NCBI GenBank assembly: GCA_021613535.1
Contig: CP075492.1
Span: 7,626,001 to 7,690,000 of the forward strand
Source: Adineta vaga
Lineage: Eukaryota; Animalia; Rotifera
Length of the DNA stretch: 64,000 bases
Reading direction: 5' to 3'
The number at the start of each line of letters is the position of its first letter. Positions within the stretch are counted from its first letter, which is position 1. Position numbers and translations under genes: made by a program. The notes below the pieces were generated by a model. The model was not told the DNA's origin. It worked only from the letters and a program-made list of their open reading frames with translations, and searched no databases. This document shows, piece by piece, positions 1-11,487 of the stretch.

Positions 1-338
1 CAATGTTATATTTATGAATCTAAAGCAAATCATAGCTTTATTTATAAACAACATCAACATACCTTTGTTCCCACGACTTCAATCATATGAAGGTAGATTA
101 TCTAGATTCGAACAGAAGACTTATATCACAGTATATCGTTCAGTGAACACATAAAATGTAATATTCTGACAGTTCTGTTCTCCTGAATTAATCTCTTATT
201 TTGCTTATGATTATTTTGACAATGATTTGCATGAAGATGATAAGACAAAACTCTGAATATAAGAAGTTCATTTACTGTCATTTAGTACAGATTTATTGAC
301 GATATATTTATTATAGACAATCTTCCAACATACATTCT

Positions 339-1392
339 TCAATGATCTCCTATTCGATGTCGACAACTTATTTGCTGTCGAAACATCCGACTTGTCAACG
401 TAAAAATAAAGAATGTCATACTATGTCCAGCTCCTGATATTGCTCCAATAAGATTGATAAATACATTATCTATTGCCAATTGAAGACGATCTTTTACTTG
501 ATCAGCTGTAAATATAATATACAATTGACAAATCGCATATGCAGTTGTTGTTAAACCAACTGTTAAACTTTGAAATAAAGCCATTCGAACTAAATTCTTT
601 TCTTTATTCACTGACGCAGGTTGTGCAGGTGTTTGAATGAGCTATTGGTAATATTTTTCGACGACTAATATGTTGAATCGTTAATAGTGAAAAAGTAAGC
701 ATTAACAAAGGTGGTCCTAGTCCATACATTACTAAATGCCAAATACCGAGAAAGAACCCATAAGAACTATTATCAACTGTACAACTTCGACGAGGTAAGA
801 CGATCCCATAAAAAACAGGTATATGTGAATATGCAGCATGAATTAAAATGATTGTTAAAGGAATTGAACAACGAGCAATACGAAAACTACTCAGTTTTCG
901 AATATTAGCCTGTGTTGAACTATGCAAGAATCTGGAAAATATTTATTCATAGAATGTCTTTGTTTTCATTTCTAGAAAATATAGTTACCTATCAACTGAA
1001 GCAAGAACAAGAAACCATATTGCTAATGCTCTAGGTAATGAAATAGGTGTGATTATAATTATCAAAATAGAAGTTTCTTACCGCCATGAAAAGGTCAGAT
1101 AACTTTTCAATTGACAGAATATCTGAGAATCTACAGTTGGATCGATACTATATCCTAACTGAAGTGTTCGAAGTGGGAAATTAAACACAGTGAAAAGAAG
1201 AGCAGCGATAGATGATGACAAGAAGTACATACAACATGGATTTGTTCTTAAATTTGGTCTGGTGAAGACATAAACATTTAATAGATTACAAACAACACCA
1301 AATGTGAAGATAACTGGAAAACTATATCGTGCAAGTGCAATAACGAATGCATTCATTTGATTGATCGAATTTTGAACATCCGATGAGGACAT
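339..1392 (-). pseudogene. Class A (rhodopsin-like) GPCR, 3 exons, with an apparent frameshift in exon 3 (pseudogene or sequence error)
   Basis: TM1 GVVCNLLNVYVF, TM3 LASVDRF (exons 1392-1082, 1030-989, 931-339; GT-AG introns of 51 and 57 nt) and TM7 FFIFTLTSRMFR. The reading frame changes between 641 and 604 with no usable intron. Confidence 0.75.
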
Positions 1393-2254
1393 TTTATAAT
1401 TGAAGAAGATGTTTCCGTAGATGAAATCCGTATATATATATATATATAAAGAAAAGTAAAATGCGTATTATAGAGATATGAAGTTTTTTAATGTAACCAT
1501 TTGTTATTAAACGAGGGAAAACGCAAAATAGATGAGTGGTCGGATGCTCGGAAATTATATCTGTTTTATGAAAGAATATATTAAGATCAGAAAAACCTTG
1601 TTAATCACACACCATTTGTCTTCAAAGTACTTCATTATTCATGTTTATACGTCCATGCATGAGCTAGTCCGCAAATAATAAAATCGTAAAATCTTCGAAT
1701 ATACACTAATGAGATGATTTGCTCTTTATTATAAATATCTCTCAAAAAACATATTAAGAAAATGAAATTTAAAAAGACAAAAGGGCATCCAATATGAGAG
1801 CGTTTAGGTGTTAGTAAGTGATGGATGCTAAAAGAATGCTGCTTTTTTTGTCCTCATTCGTACTTTTTATCAGAAATTTCCATCACTATAGATTATATTC
1901 AAACAGTATTAGTTGAAAAACATGTGAAATAAATCTTCTTTTTGTTTTGCAATCATATGAATATTTCATATTGATACTATATACGTGTTATCTAATGTTC
2001 TTCATCATAGTCTTACTTTGCCGTTGTTGTTTCTCAGAGATTTAAAATTCAACAATTCCTCATAATAACATAGTTCATATATGTGAAGCGAGACATTTAG
2101 ATCCGAAAGTGAATTTTCTAATTAAAATACTCTGAAGATCGCAAGTATATCATTACTCTTAGATCTTTCTTAAAGAACAGAAAAGTAAGAAATAATATTA
2201 GAAGGTATTGACAAAGTCATGAATTACATTCCTATCTGAGTATAAAGTAAAAAG

Positions 2255-2953
2255 TTATTTATTTTGTTGTTCAGTTGTTGCACTTAATGGCACAATTTCA
2301 TTGCGTCCAATTCGAAAATTTATTGCCGACGAAATATTTGTGTTTGTAAGAAGATGTACTTGAGCACGATAATCTCCATCTTCAAGCATTTCAATATCCA
2401 TTGCTAAATCAAATAATGCTCGTTGTTCAACATTGGCCATTGATACTTCTGCACATGTACATGAACATAGTAAAACTAAATCTTTACGATGTAATTTTTC
2501 ACTTAAATATTCATATGTATCTTTTAATAAAGCACAAGCTGAAATAATTTTAAATGTATCATCTTCTTTGGATAATGGAAATTCCAGGTAACCATCAATA
2601 ATAATTATATCACACGATGAATGAATTAAATGTTTATGTATATCACTCAATGTTGATAAATAATGAAATTGAATTAAATGTAAATTAGCTTCGGAAAGAG
2701 ATTTTGGAATGAGTGTATGAACAAGTGATGGAATTGTTTGAAATGGTACTGGTGTATAGAAAGAAACACGTTTACCAATTGCAGCATAAGATAAGGATGC
2801 TTGAAAAAGTAGTGAACGAAAACATTGATCAGCATCACCACGAATTAAACAAGTTCGAGCAAATGGAAGTAATGATTGTAAATGAGTAACAAATGATTGA
2901 TTATTTTCATTAGAAAAATTTCCAAGAGGAAATATTGCACCGATGATATTCAT
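2255..2953 (-). CDS. SWSAP1: SWSAP1-like RAD51-paralog-fold protein (Shu complex), intronless
   Basis: CLIRG...RSLLFQASLSYAAIGKRVSFYT...FQTIP...LHLIQFHY...IIIIDG parallels human SWSAP1 as recalled (LLLG..GKT.LLFAAALEAAGEG..VLFLT...LQKIRFQY...LLLLDG). The ATG at 2953 is preferred over the TTG at 3007. Confidence 0.62.
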   Translation of the reverse strand: MNIIGAIFPLGNFSNENNQSFVTHLQSLLPFARTCLIRGDADQCFRSLLFQASLSYAAIGKRVSFYTPVPFQTIPSLVHTLIPKSLSEANLHLIQFHYLSTLSDIHKHLIHSSCDIIIIDGYLEFPLSKEDDTFKIISACALLKDTYEYLSEKLHRKDLVLLCSCTCAEVSMANVEQRALFDLAMDIEMLEDGDYRAQVHLLTNTNISSAINFRIGRNEIVPLSATTEQQNK

Positions 2954-3953
2954 TTTACAAATGAACGAAATAAGACAAAGAACTAAGTCGATATACGTTG
3001 AAGGCAAATTATCGATATGATGATGTCACTACACACTGGTAAACAACATTTAACGAAATTTTATTGTGTTTATTTAAACTCATTAAATTCATGTCTGTTG
3101 TCTTTTAATTGAGTACATATAAACATTATCAGAATTCAATGCAATTTTTATTGTTCAGATGAAAAGATATCTGACAATGATCAGGCAGATGTTCTCTTAT
3201 TCGGGTTTTTTTAAGCAAACTGATATGTTCCTTGTTTTCGAAAAGAAAAAGAAACAGTTAATGCCGCTTCCTTTTCTGTTCATCTCAATTTCCAGAAGAG
3301 ATAGAAAAAAGAGTACGTAATCATCATCGGTGATCTGTATTGATTGAATTATAAACATGATCCCTCTCTCTCTCGCTTTCTTTTCGTTATAGTGAAGACA
3401 ACAGAAAATGATAATCAATCTAGAGCTAAAGAAGCCACATCAAATAAGATTATTATACAAACAAACATCATGCCGTGTTGTAGAGAGATAGTTATCAGTA
3501 GAAGTCGAGATTGTTCTTTGCTTGTCTATATTATTGAAATAATGAATTATAATCAATTACAAAAAAAGAAGACAACAGACATCAACCTATACAAGAGAAG
3601 GTCACCGAGAAAATATCATCTTCTACTATTGAAAGATCTGCCATGACTTTTTTTTACAAGCTTTCGTCATTCGATGTATCGTAATCATTGTTCATCAGTA
3701 TTATTTATCAATGAATAACCAATAGAAATTCATACAGTGCTTATAGCTTATCAAAAAAGGAAAGGAGAGATTATTTTTTCTTTCTATTATTGGACCCGGA
3801 AGAGAAAGAGAGGGAGAGAGAAAGAGAAAAAAAAACATTTACAAATCAAACATACATACAAACAGACAGACATCAAATTGACGAATAACAGACTTATTCT
3901 CGTTCGGCTCTATTATTTATCAATCTACAGGTGATTTATATTATCACAAAATT

Positions 3954-4637
3954 ATGTTCAATATACCTATTGATTATTTCACTTCTTCTTCATTGCCGTC
4001 ATCAACTGCATCTTCGATGATATCCAATTCTAATTCCTATTATCATCCGTATCCACAGTTTTCACCATCTTATTATTCAACAAATGAATTTCCAACTCAT
4101 CCATTTGAAACGAATCATACAACTTGGAATGCAATTGAGCCGATCCATGAACGACAACCAGGTATGATGGAGTCTGGATTCTAATTTTTTAAGAGTACAG
4201 AAAAAGTTATTCCATAGGTGCTCCTCGTGTTTTTAAACGACGTGTATCAGCTAATAAAAAGGAACGTCGTCGGACATTGTCAATAAATACTGCCTTTTCT
4301 GATCTACGTACTGCTATACCAAATGTTCAACCTGATACAAAATTATCAAAAATCAAAACATTAAAATTAGCTACGAAATATATCGAATTTTTAATGGACA
4401 TTCTTTCGAAAGATGATCCAACGGCCATGCCCAGTGCATTTAAAGCTGATATTAGTAAAACTCGAAAAGATTCACGAGACTCGAATAAAGTAAGAAATCG
4501 TTTTATTTTCGTTTGAAATTGATCATTTAGAAATCGTTCTATCTTAGTATGACACGCGCAAATCTCGAGGACGAACAGGATGGCCACAAACAGTTTGGCA
4601 ATCAGGATTGAATCGTAATGAAAACAGCCATTTATAA
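3954..4637 (+). CDS. HAND: HAND-family bHLH transcription factor, 3 exons (3954-4161, 4218-4489, 4548-4637)
   Basis: The spliced product has [50 protein letters not shown] and the HAND-specific C-terminal motif [11 protein letters not shown]. Introns are canonical GT-AG. Confidence 0.95.
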
Positions 4638-5088
4638 CATCTCATCAATTCGTCTCTTATTCTATGCCGGTGTTGTATATTCATTGGATTTTCATTTTCA
4701 ATTAAATCTCGACGTTGAAATATATCTGGTTTATTTCTTGTAAATGTCTTGAGACAATGAATAAGTACAGTTGTCATATTATTAAATAGTCAATGGGTAC
4801 ATTGACTTTTTTCTCTATCAACAACAAAGGAGATCTGTTCAATATCAATCATATAAATTAAACAAGATAGATAATTAGAGAATAAAGGTTAACATAAAAA
4901 GAATGTATTATAATGAAAAAAATGATGTAACTTTGTTTCTCTTTGAAAACTTTTCAATCACTAAATAAAACTAATTAGTAAAAAAACAAAAACCAGATGT
5001 CTTTTATTATATATAGACACATAGTCAAATATAAATAAAGAACAACATGAAAAATTCATCGAAGTGTTTAAAACAATCAAGAATTTAT

Positions 5089-6342
5089 TCAACATATCAT
5101 TTGTTCACATGCTTTTCGTTCATGAAATAAGCCAAATGTTTCGATTAGAAGATAAGCAATAACTGAACCAGTCAACGCACCCAATTGAACATTAACACCA
5201 TACCAAAACATTCCATTGGTTGAATGTACACGTACATAATTTGCAATAACTAAACGTGGATAACCCAAGAAAATGTAGGTACTAAGCCAGACGAACAAGA
5301 TTAAAACATTTCCTTTTGTAGTATCAACCCATGGTGGACAAGGACTTCTAAATGAAACAAATAAATCAAATGCAAATACTAATGAACCAAGAATAATTGA
5401 GATTAATAAGTAACGTTTTGATAATAAAGGTTTAATCATTCCAAAGATCCAAATAAGTGTTAACATCCATGGAGAAATAATTGTTCCTAAATAGAAAATT
5501 CGATGTCCATATGGCATCAATACATATGTAGATATTGAAAGAATCATTCCGAATAGAACTGAACTTGTATAAGCACATCCTAGGAGAAGGAAAACATAGG
5601 ATAAATGAGTTAATGGTTTTTTCACTGATTCATTCGATTCATTCGATATGTCTGATTTAATTTGATATGAACTTTGAGCAATAGATGTCCATTGTAAGAG
5701 TATGAATGCAATAAATGAAATAGTTAACAATAAGAATAAACAAAGAAAATAAATCGAGACTGAAAAACGTGCAGTTTCATAAACAACTTCCGTTGTATTT
5801 GTATTATTGATTGATTGTATACAATGAATTTGTCCATTACCTTGTGCAATCGCTAGTAAACTCGGTAAGATTGAAATTAAGCTTTCTCCAAGAAAAATTG
5901 CGCTTGTAAATTCTTTTTGAAAACGATGCATATAATCAGCAAATGAAATTGATGATGTACAATCTAATAATGAAAGAAAAAAAGCCAATGTTAATAATGC
6001 AGTACTATGTTTTTCATTGCCAATCGTTGTTGTATATGACCAAAAGAAGATCATCAGAAAACATGCTAACATTCCGATTACAATAACAATATAATTGATC
6101 GGCACAGGATTAATTGTACGTTGTCGACAAAGACATTTGAATAATACCAATGATAGTGGTCCAATATTTCCAAGATTGGTTATTAAAGCAAGGTAAGCAC
6201 CTAATTTCCAACTTTCAGGTTGCGTTAAAATAATTTGTGGCAACTGTGCATAGATTCCATTGACATCTGTCCATGATGAAAGAAAAACTAGTGTAATTAA
6301 AAGATAAGTAATATATTGACGTAAATTCCATCGTTGGAACAT
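5089..6342 (-). CDS. SLC52A: Riboflavin transporter, SLC52 family (intronless CDS)
   Basis: SSWTDVNGIYAQLPQI...PESWKL..YL....NLGNIGP, DCTSS..F..YM, FLGES, SPCPP and QLGAL.GS motifs; multi-pass hydrophobic profile. Confidence 0.88.
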   Translation of the reverse strand: MFQRWNLRQYITYLLITLVFLSSWTDVNGIYAQLPQIILTQPESWKLGAYLALITNLGNIGPLSLVLFKCLCRQRTINPVPINYIVIVIGMLACFLMIFFWSYTTTIGNEKHSTALLTLAFFLSLLDCTSSISFADYMHRFQKEFTSAIFLGESLISILPSLLAIAQGNGQIHCIQSINNTNTTEVVYETARFSVSIYFLCLFLLLTISFIAFILLQWTSIAQSSYQIKSDISNESNESVKKPLTHLSYVFLLLGCAYTSSVLFGMILSISTYVLMPYGHRIFYLGTIISPWMLTLIWIFGMIKPLLSKRYLLISIILGSLVFAFDLFVSFRSPCPPWVDTTKGNVLILFVWLSTYIFLGYPRLVIANYVRVHSTNGMFWYGVNVQLGALTGSVIAYLLIETFGLFHERKACEQMIC

Positions 6343-6542
6343 CTTTTGAAAGAGTATTTTTTTTTTCAAAATAACAACAAAATTCACATGAGGATTAGTT
6401 TTATGAGCGAAGCATTCGTTGTTCTTTTCTTTTCTCTTATCGTAGATACGGAATGATCCGATGATAACCTTTTCTTTTTTATTTCAATTGTTTATAATTA
6501 TATGAAAATATAGAGAAAAGAAAAACGAATGTTTATAAAGCA

Positions 6543-7524
6543 TTATCGACGGAATAAGAAATATCGTTTGCATGCAGCTGGTGGATTTTTACCCTAAACA
6601 AAAAATGAAAGACGAATTTTTTCTTCTTTGATTGATCATAACTGAAGGATATCAATTTACTTTATATGTTTTGCAAAGAAGTCGAATTAAATCTTTTTCG
6701 GCTTCATGTTGTATTATTTCGGTATGTCGACCATTTACGGTTACCCAGGGTACATAGTTATGTGGTGGTTGAAGACTTTCTGTTTGAACAGCAAAGGCAT
6801 GTTGTAATTGATTACCCAATTTACTTTGTGTACAAGCATCGATTTTATTAAAATCCATTTGCGATTTTGATGCACATTGACTTGCAATAGTTTTGACATC
6901 TCCTTGACTTGACTCAGTACAATAAACGAAGGGCTAAAGAGAAATTTTCATACTTCAATAGATTTTATTTGTACTTACCATATATTGTTGAATAGTGGGA
7001 TAAAAATTCAAAACACAACTCTAAAATAGAGAAGTAATAATTTTATAAATGAATATAATTTTTGTTTTTTTCGAATTTTACATGAATAAGGTTTCCTAAG
7101 CATTCGTCAGCACCATGTTGACAATCAAATTGATACATTTGTGAAGTTGTGTTATAGGTTTCAAGGGTATTTCCATATGGAACAAGAGTTATATTAACAA
7201 TGTCAAGTATAGATTGATATGCCTTGTAAAGTTGTTTTGCCATAAATTGTTGACAACCAGGACAAAGCGTTTCATAATAAAAAGTAAAATTAACTTTATC
7301 ATTTTGATCTCGAACATTCCAAATGTGCTTTGCACATTGTTCAGTTACCTAATAAGAAAATATTTGGATATTCAAAGAAGACAAGATGCTTTGATACATA
7401 CACCACAAGCTTGAGCAATTTCTTTTGTTTCACACCATCGAGCCGATGACGATGGACAATTAATAGTGAAAACATCATTGATACAAAAAATAAGAATACT
7501 CGAAAGTATCAACGAAACCTGCAT
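6543..7524 (-). CDS. IFI30: GILT (gamma-interferon-inducible lysosomal thiol reductase) with N-terminal saposin-A motif, copy 1, multi-exon
   Basis: Signal peptide MQVSLILSSILIFC; SapA-like CPSSSARWCETKEIAQAC; active site FYYETLCPGC; signature CQHGADECLGN; YVPWVTVNG; ends GKNPPAACKRYFLFRR*. Confidence 0.92.
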
Positions 7525-7683
7525 GATGAAAAGAACAGACTGAATGAAAAGATAATATTACTTGATGGTATATATAGAAGCATAGTATCTCATGGTTATG
7601 TAGCAAAATCTATTTTCGGTAGTGATATGTTAAAGCAAAAGATAAGGAAGAATTTAAAAAAAACTAGTCGTTTATTCAAAATA

Positions 7684-8545
7684 GCAGAGCCGAGAGGTAA
7701 ACGGCGGACTTTTAGGTACTTTTACTTTTAAGTACTTGAAACGTTTTCTTTGAGCTACTTCACTGGTACTTTTGGACTATTTAAAGTACTTTAGATTACT
7801 TAGAAATTACTTTAATTTTTCGTAATATATAGATCTGATCTTTATCCCGAATTTTCAGAACTAAAGTTCGTCATAAATTCTGCATACTACGACATAACGT
7901 TGAAATTTTCTTTTAAATAAAAAAAGATGATGTAAAAACTGTTTAGCACGTGTCTTAAGACAGTATATTGAAAACAATGAGATAAAATAAAAACATGAAT
8001 GCTTTGCTACGTCTATATGAAGAAAATAAAAAAGAAAATATTCATCTGCAGCTTCGTTTTGTTGAAGGACATTGCTGTGATTCTGATGCTATACAACGTT
8101 TCGTTTACTACTTGATTAGACTTGTACAGGTAACACACATGCTTGAGATATTGGAACATGTAATGATGAAAACATTGATTGCAACTGCTGCTGCTGCTAT
8201 ACCTGTGCTTTTTTGTTTTCTCTTTTGATTTCTGTCACTTGACTGCATTCAATAGAGTACAAGTGTTTAGAATAATTGGACGCCTGTATTTTCGAACCAT
8301 TTCTACATAATGAAATCTTTTTCCTACATTAGCACTGAATAGTAGCTTGCATAGTATAGTTTCTGTTGTCCTTACATCACTTTTTTATTAACTGAAGAAC
8401 ATATAGCTTATGTTCATTATTGATATTTCTCTATAGGAATTGCATTTTATTTGATAAAACGATAACTTTTTAAGACCATCACTTGACTTTTATGATACTT
8501 GCCTGAACTTTATGAGACTTTAAGAAACTTGAAAGTACTTGATGC
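7684..8545. mobile_element. Putative degraded DNA-transposon insertion between the GILT paralogs, with phased ACTT subterminal repeats and a stop-interrupted internal reading frame
   Basis: Starts GCAGAGC, as does the element at 43472. It has ~10-bp-periodic (T)ACTT arrays at 7708-7813 and 8481-8540. A minus-strand frame LCRNGSKIQASNYSKHLYSIEC...QV*QQQQ carries several stops. No TIR pair or TSD was resolved. Confidence 0.4.
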
Positions 8546-8648
8546 AAAATCAGTGTTTATTATCTTGAAAACATGCTGGCTTGTTTAATATCATAGAAAA
8601 TATATCATCGGAATGAAAAACATATGAAAGACTGCAAAAACTGTAAGT

Positions 8649-9607
8649 TTATAAATTTTTCACGCATTGTGCAGGTGGGTCAGATCCCTAAAAATGAATC
8701 TTTCTCTTTTCAATTCTTAGATATATAAATATCAATTTACTTTATATGATTTGCAAATAAGTCCAATCAGATCTTTTTCTGCTTGTTTCTGCATATCTTC
8801 TGTATGTTCACCATTAAGTGTAATCCATGGAACGTATTGATGTGGTGGTTGAAGATTTTCAGTTTGAACAGCATATTCATGTTGTAATTGGTTACCTAAT
8901 CGACTATGTGTACAGGCTGTTATTTGATCATAATCGACAGCTGATTTTTGTGCACATTCTGTAGCGACTGTTTCCATTTCACCTTCAGTTGATTCCATAC
9001 AATAGATAAATGGCTGAATAGATATCAAAAATGAATTCTATTCGTGATCGAAAAAAGAAGAAATCTTATTTTACCATATGTTGTTCACTTTGTGGATAGA
9101 AATTTATTAAACAAGCCTACAAATATATGAATTTGTTATTTTTGTTAGTTCGTTAGTTTTGTTTTACATGAATGAGATTTCCATAACATTCTTCAGCACC
9201 ATGTTGACAATAAAATTGATAGAGTTTCGTTTCCGGTCGATATAATTCACGAGCATTACCATACGGAACAAAGGTAATGTTAACAATATCAAGAATAGAT
9301 TGATAGGCATTCCAAACTTGTGAAGTAATAAATTGTCGACAATCAGGACAAAGAGTCTCATAATAAACCGACAGATTAACACGTTCACCATTGACACGTG
9401 TTTTCCAAACATATGCTTTGCATTGTTCAGTGACCTATATAACAACATTTGTTTGAATATTTCGAAGAGTATCCATTTACTTACATCACAAGCTTGAGCA
9501 ATTTCTTTACTTTCACACCATTTTGATGGTGAACTTGGACAATCGATCGTTAAACCACCGGTAATAAAAACAAGAATTACAGTTGAAACTATAAGTGATA
9601 GATACAT
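8649..9607 (-). CDS. IFI30: GILT with N-terminal saposin-A motif, copy 2, multi-exon
   Basis: Signal peptide MYLSLIVSTVILVF; CPSSPSKWCESKEIAQAC; YYETLCPDC; CQHGAEECYGN; YVPWITLNG; ends GSDPPAQCVKNL*. Confidence 0.92.
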
Positions 9608-9703
9608 ATTATCTAAAATACGATCAAGAAAAACTAGAGAATTCATAACAAAAACAAGGTACATATCACAGGTATCTAATCTATATCATCAGATAAAAAA
9701 TTC

Positions 9704-11349
9704 TCACTGTTTTCTCGTAGTAGAATTCAAATTTAGATGTTCAATTTCAACTCGAGCATCATAAATTACATCACTAACACCAACACCACGATATGAATTT
9801 CCTACAAGAGTTAATGGTAATTTATCATGTCGAATACGAGCATAGATATCATCAAGAAGAGCTTGATGACCAACATTATAATTCTAAACATAAAAATTCA
9901 ATAGTAATCTTATTGAAAACATTTCTTCACATACCGGTATTGCTTTATTCAATCTTGCAACTGAATACACAGCTGGTTTTTCGTCTAAATTCATTTGTTT
10001 TTTTAGTTCTTTCATAACAATATCAATTAATTGATCTTCAGTAAGTTGTCCTAGTTTCAATTCATCGAACCATGCTCCACCCATCATCACTGTTAGTTGT
10101 GATCCATGTTTTTTTTTATCGATTTGATGTCGTATACATGAATCAAATAAAACTCCTAAGAGATATGAATGTTCACGTGTTGGAATTAAATAACCAAACG
10201 CTTCCTTCGGAAAAATATCTTCTTTTCGAAAGAGTAAATTAATAACGAACATATTCACAAATGCAATTTGATTTAATTGCGATCGTAAGATTTTATGCTG
10301 TGTATCATCAAGAAGATTTGCTAGTTCAAATGCGGGAATTGCACTAATCAAATGATCAACAACAAATTTCTCGTTCGATCGTGTTGAAATTTCAACATGA
10401 TCTTCGAGAAATTGAATTTTCTGTAAGAATTGATTAGGAATTATTTCGACATTTGATAATTTTTGTAAATGATTAACTAATGCACATGGTAATGTTTCCA
10501 TTCCATCTTTTAAATAATAGATAGCATATTTATTTAAGATTGATGCATAATCTTTTAAATTTAAATCATTGAAAAGAGAATTAATTGAATCGTTCGCTGT
10601 TTTATTCTGTTTCGATTTTAAAATACCCTTGATAATTGAGCCATGACGTTGTTCACGTTCAAACATTGTCTTTAAAACACTTCGTGCACTTAAATTTGTG
10701 ACACTACCAGCGTAAATACCTTTCAAAAGTGGATCAAGTAAATATTCAACAATTTCTTCACCAAGAACAGCACCTAATCGAAACAAAAAACATTGAAAAA
10801 AATCGATTTTAATGAATGATAATTTCATATACCGAATCGTCGATAGATAAATGATTTGATTGTTTCATCTTGAACTACAAATCGACCTTCTTTAGAAAAA
10901 TATTCATAGAGAGCGTAAACAATTGGCGGATAACGTAATGGTTTTCCTCCAAATATTAGTGATAAATCATTGAGATTAATTAATTTTTCATTCGAATAAA
11001 GAAGTTTATTTTTATTTGCTGGAGACGATTTTTCAATTGGACAAAACTGATCATCAAATATATTTAATTGTTCAAGTAATTTCAATGTATTTATAGCTGA
11101 ATGATTACTTAATGAAGCATTTCCACTTTGTAATCTTAATGTTCGAGCACCCAATTCAAATATATGAGAATCATATTTAGCACCGAGTTGATCTGTGCGT
11201 ATCCAACCACCAAAACGAGATGATCTTTCGAATAATAATATTCTTAAATGTGGAAGTTTGGAAAGTGCTGCTTTTTGCGCGAGATAATAAGCTGATACAA
11301 GACCAGCTATACCACCACCAACAATACCTACAGTTAAAGGTTTCTGCAT
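9704..11349 (-). CDS. PPOX: Protoporphyrinogen oxidase, 3 exons
   Basis: FAD-binding VGIVGGGIAGL, FELGARTLR, GIYAG....LSA, FGYLIP, LGVLFDS, LTVMMGG; the C-terminal exon reads LTLVGNSYRGVGVSDVI. Confidence 0.93.
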
Positions 11350-11487
11350 TCTGAAAGTAAATGAAGAGAAAAATCGGAGAGTCGGAGTAGCTAGCTAGTT
11401 TAGTATACTAATATATCATTTGATGAAACGAAGAACTAATCGAACTGATGAAAAATAAATAAAGAGGGCGTTAGATTTCATTGTAGT

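Noticed and set aside
7995-8228. Plus-strand 77-aa ORF between the GILT copies
   Set aside because: No domain or splice support; the opposite strand looks more like decayed coding sequence.
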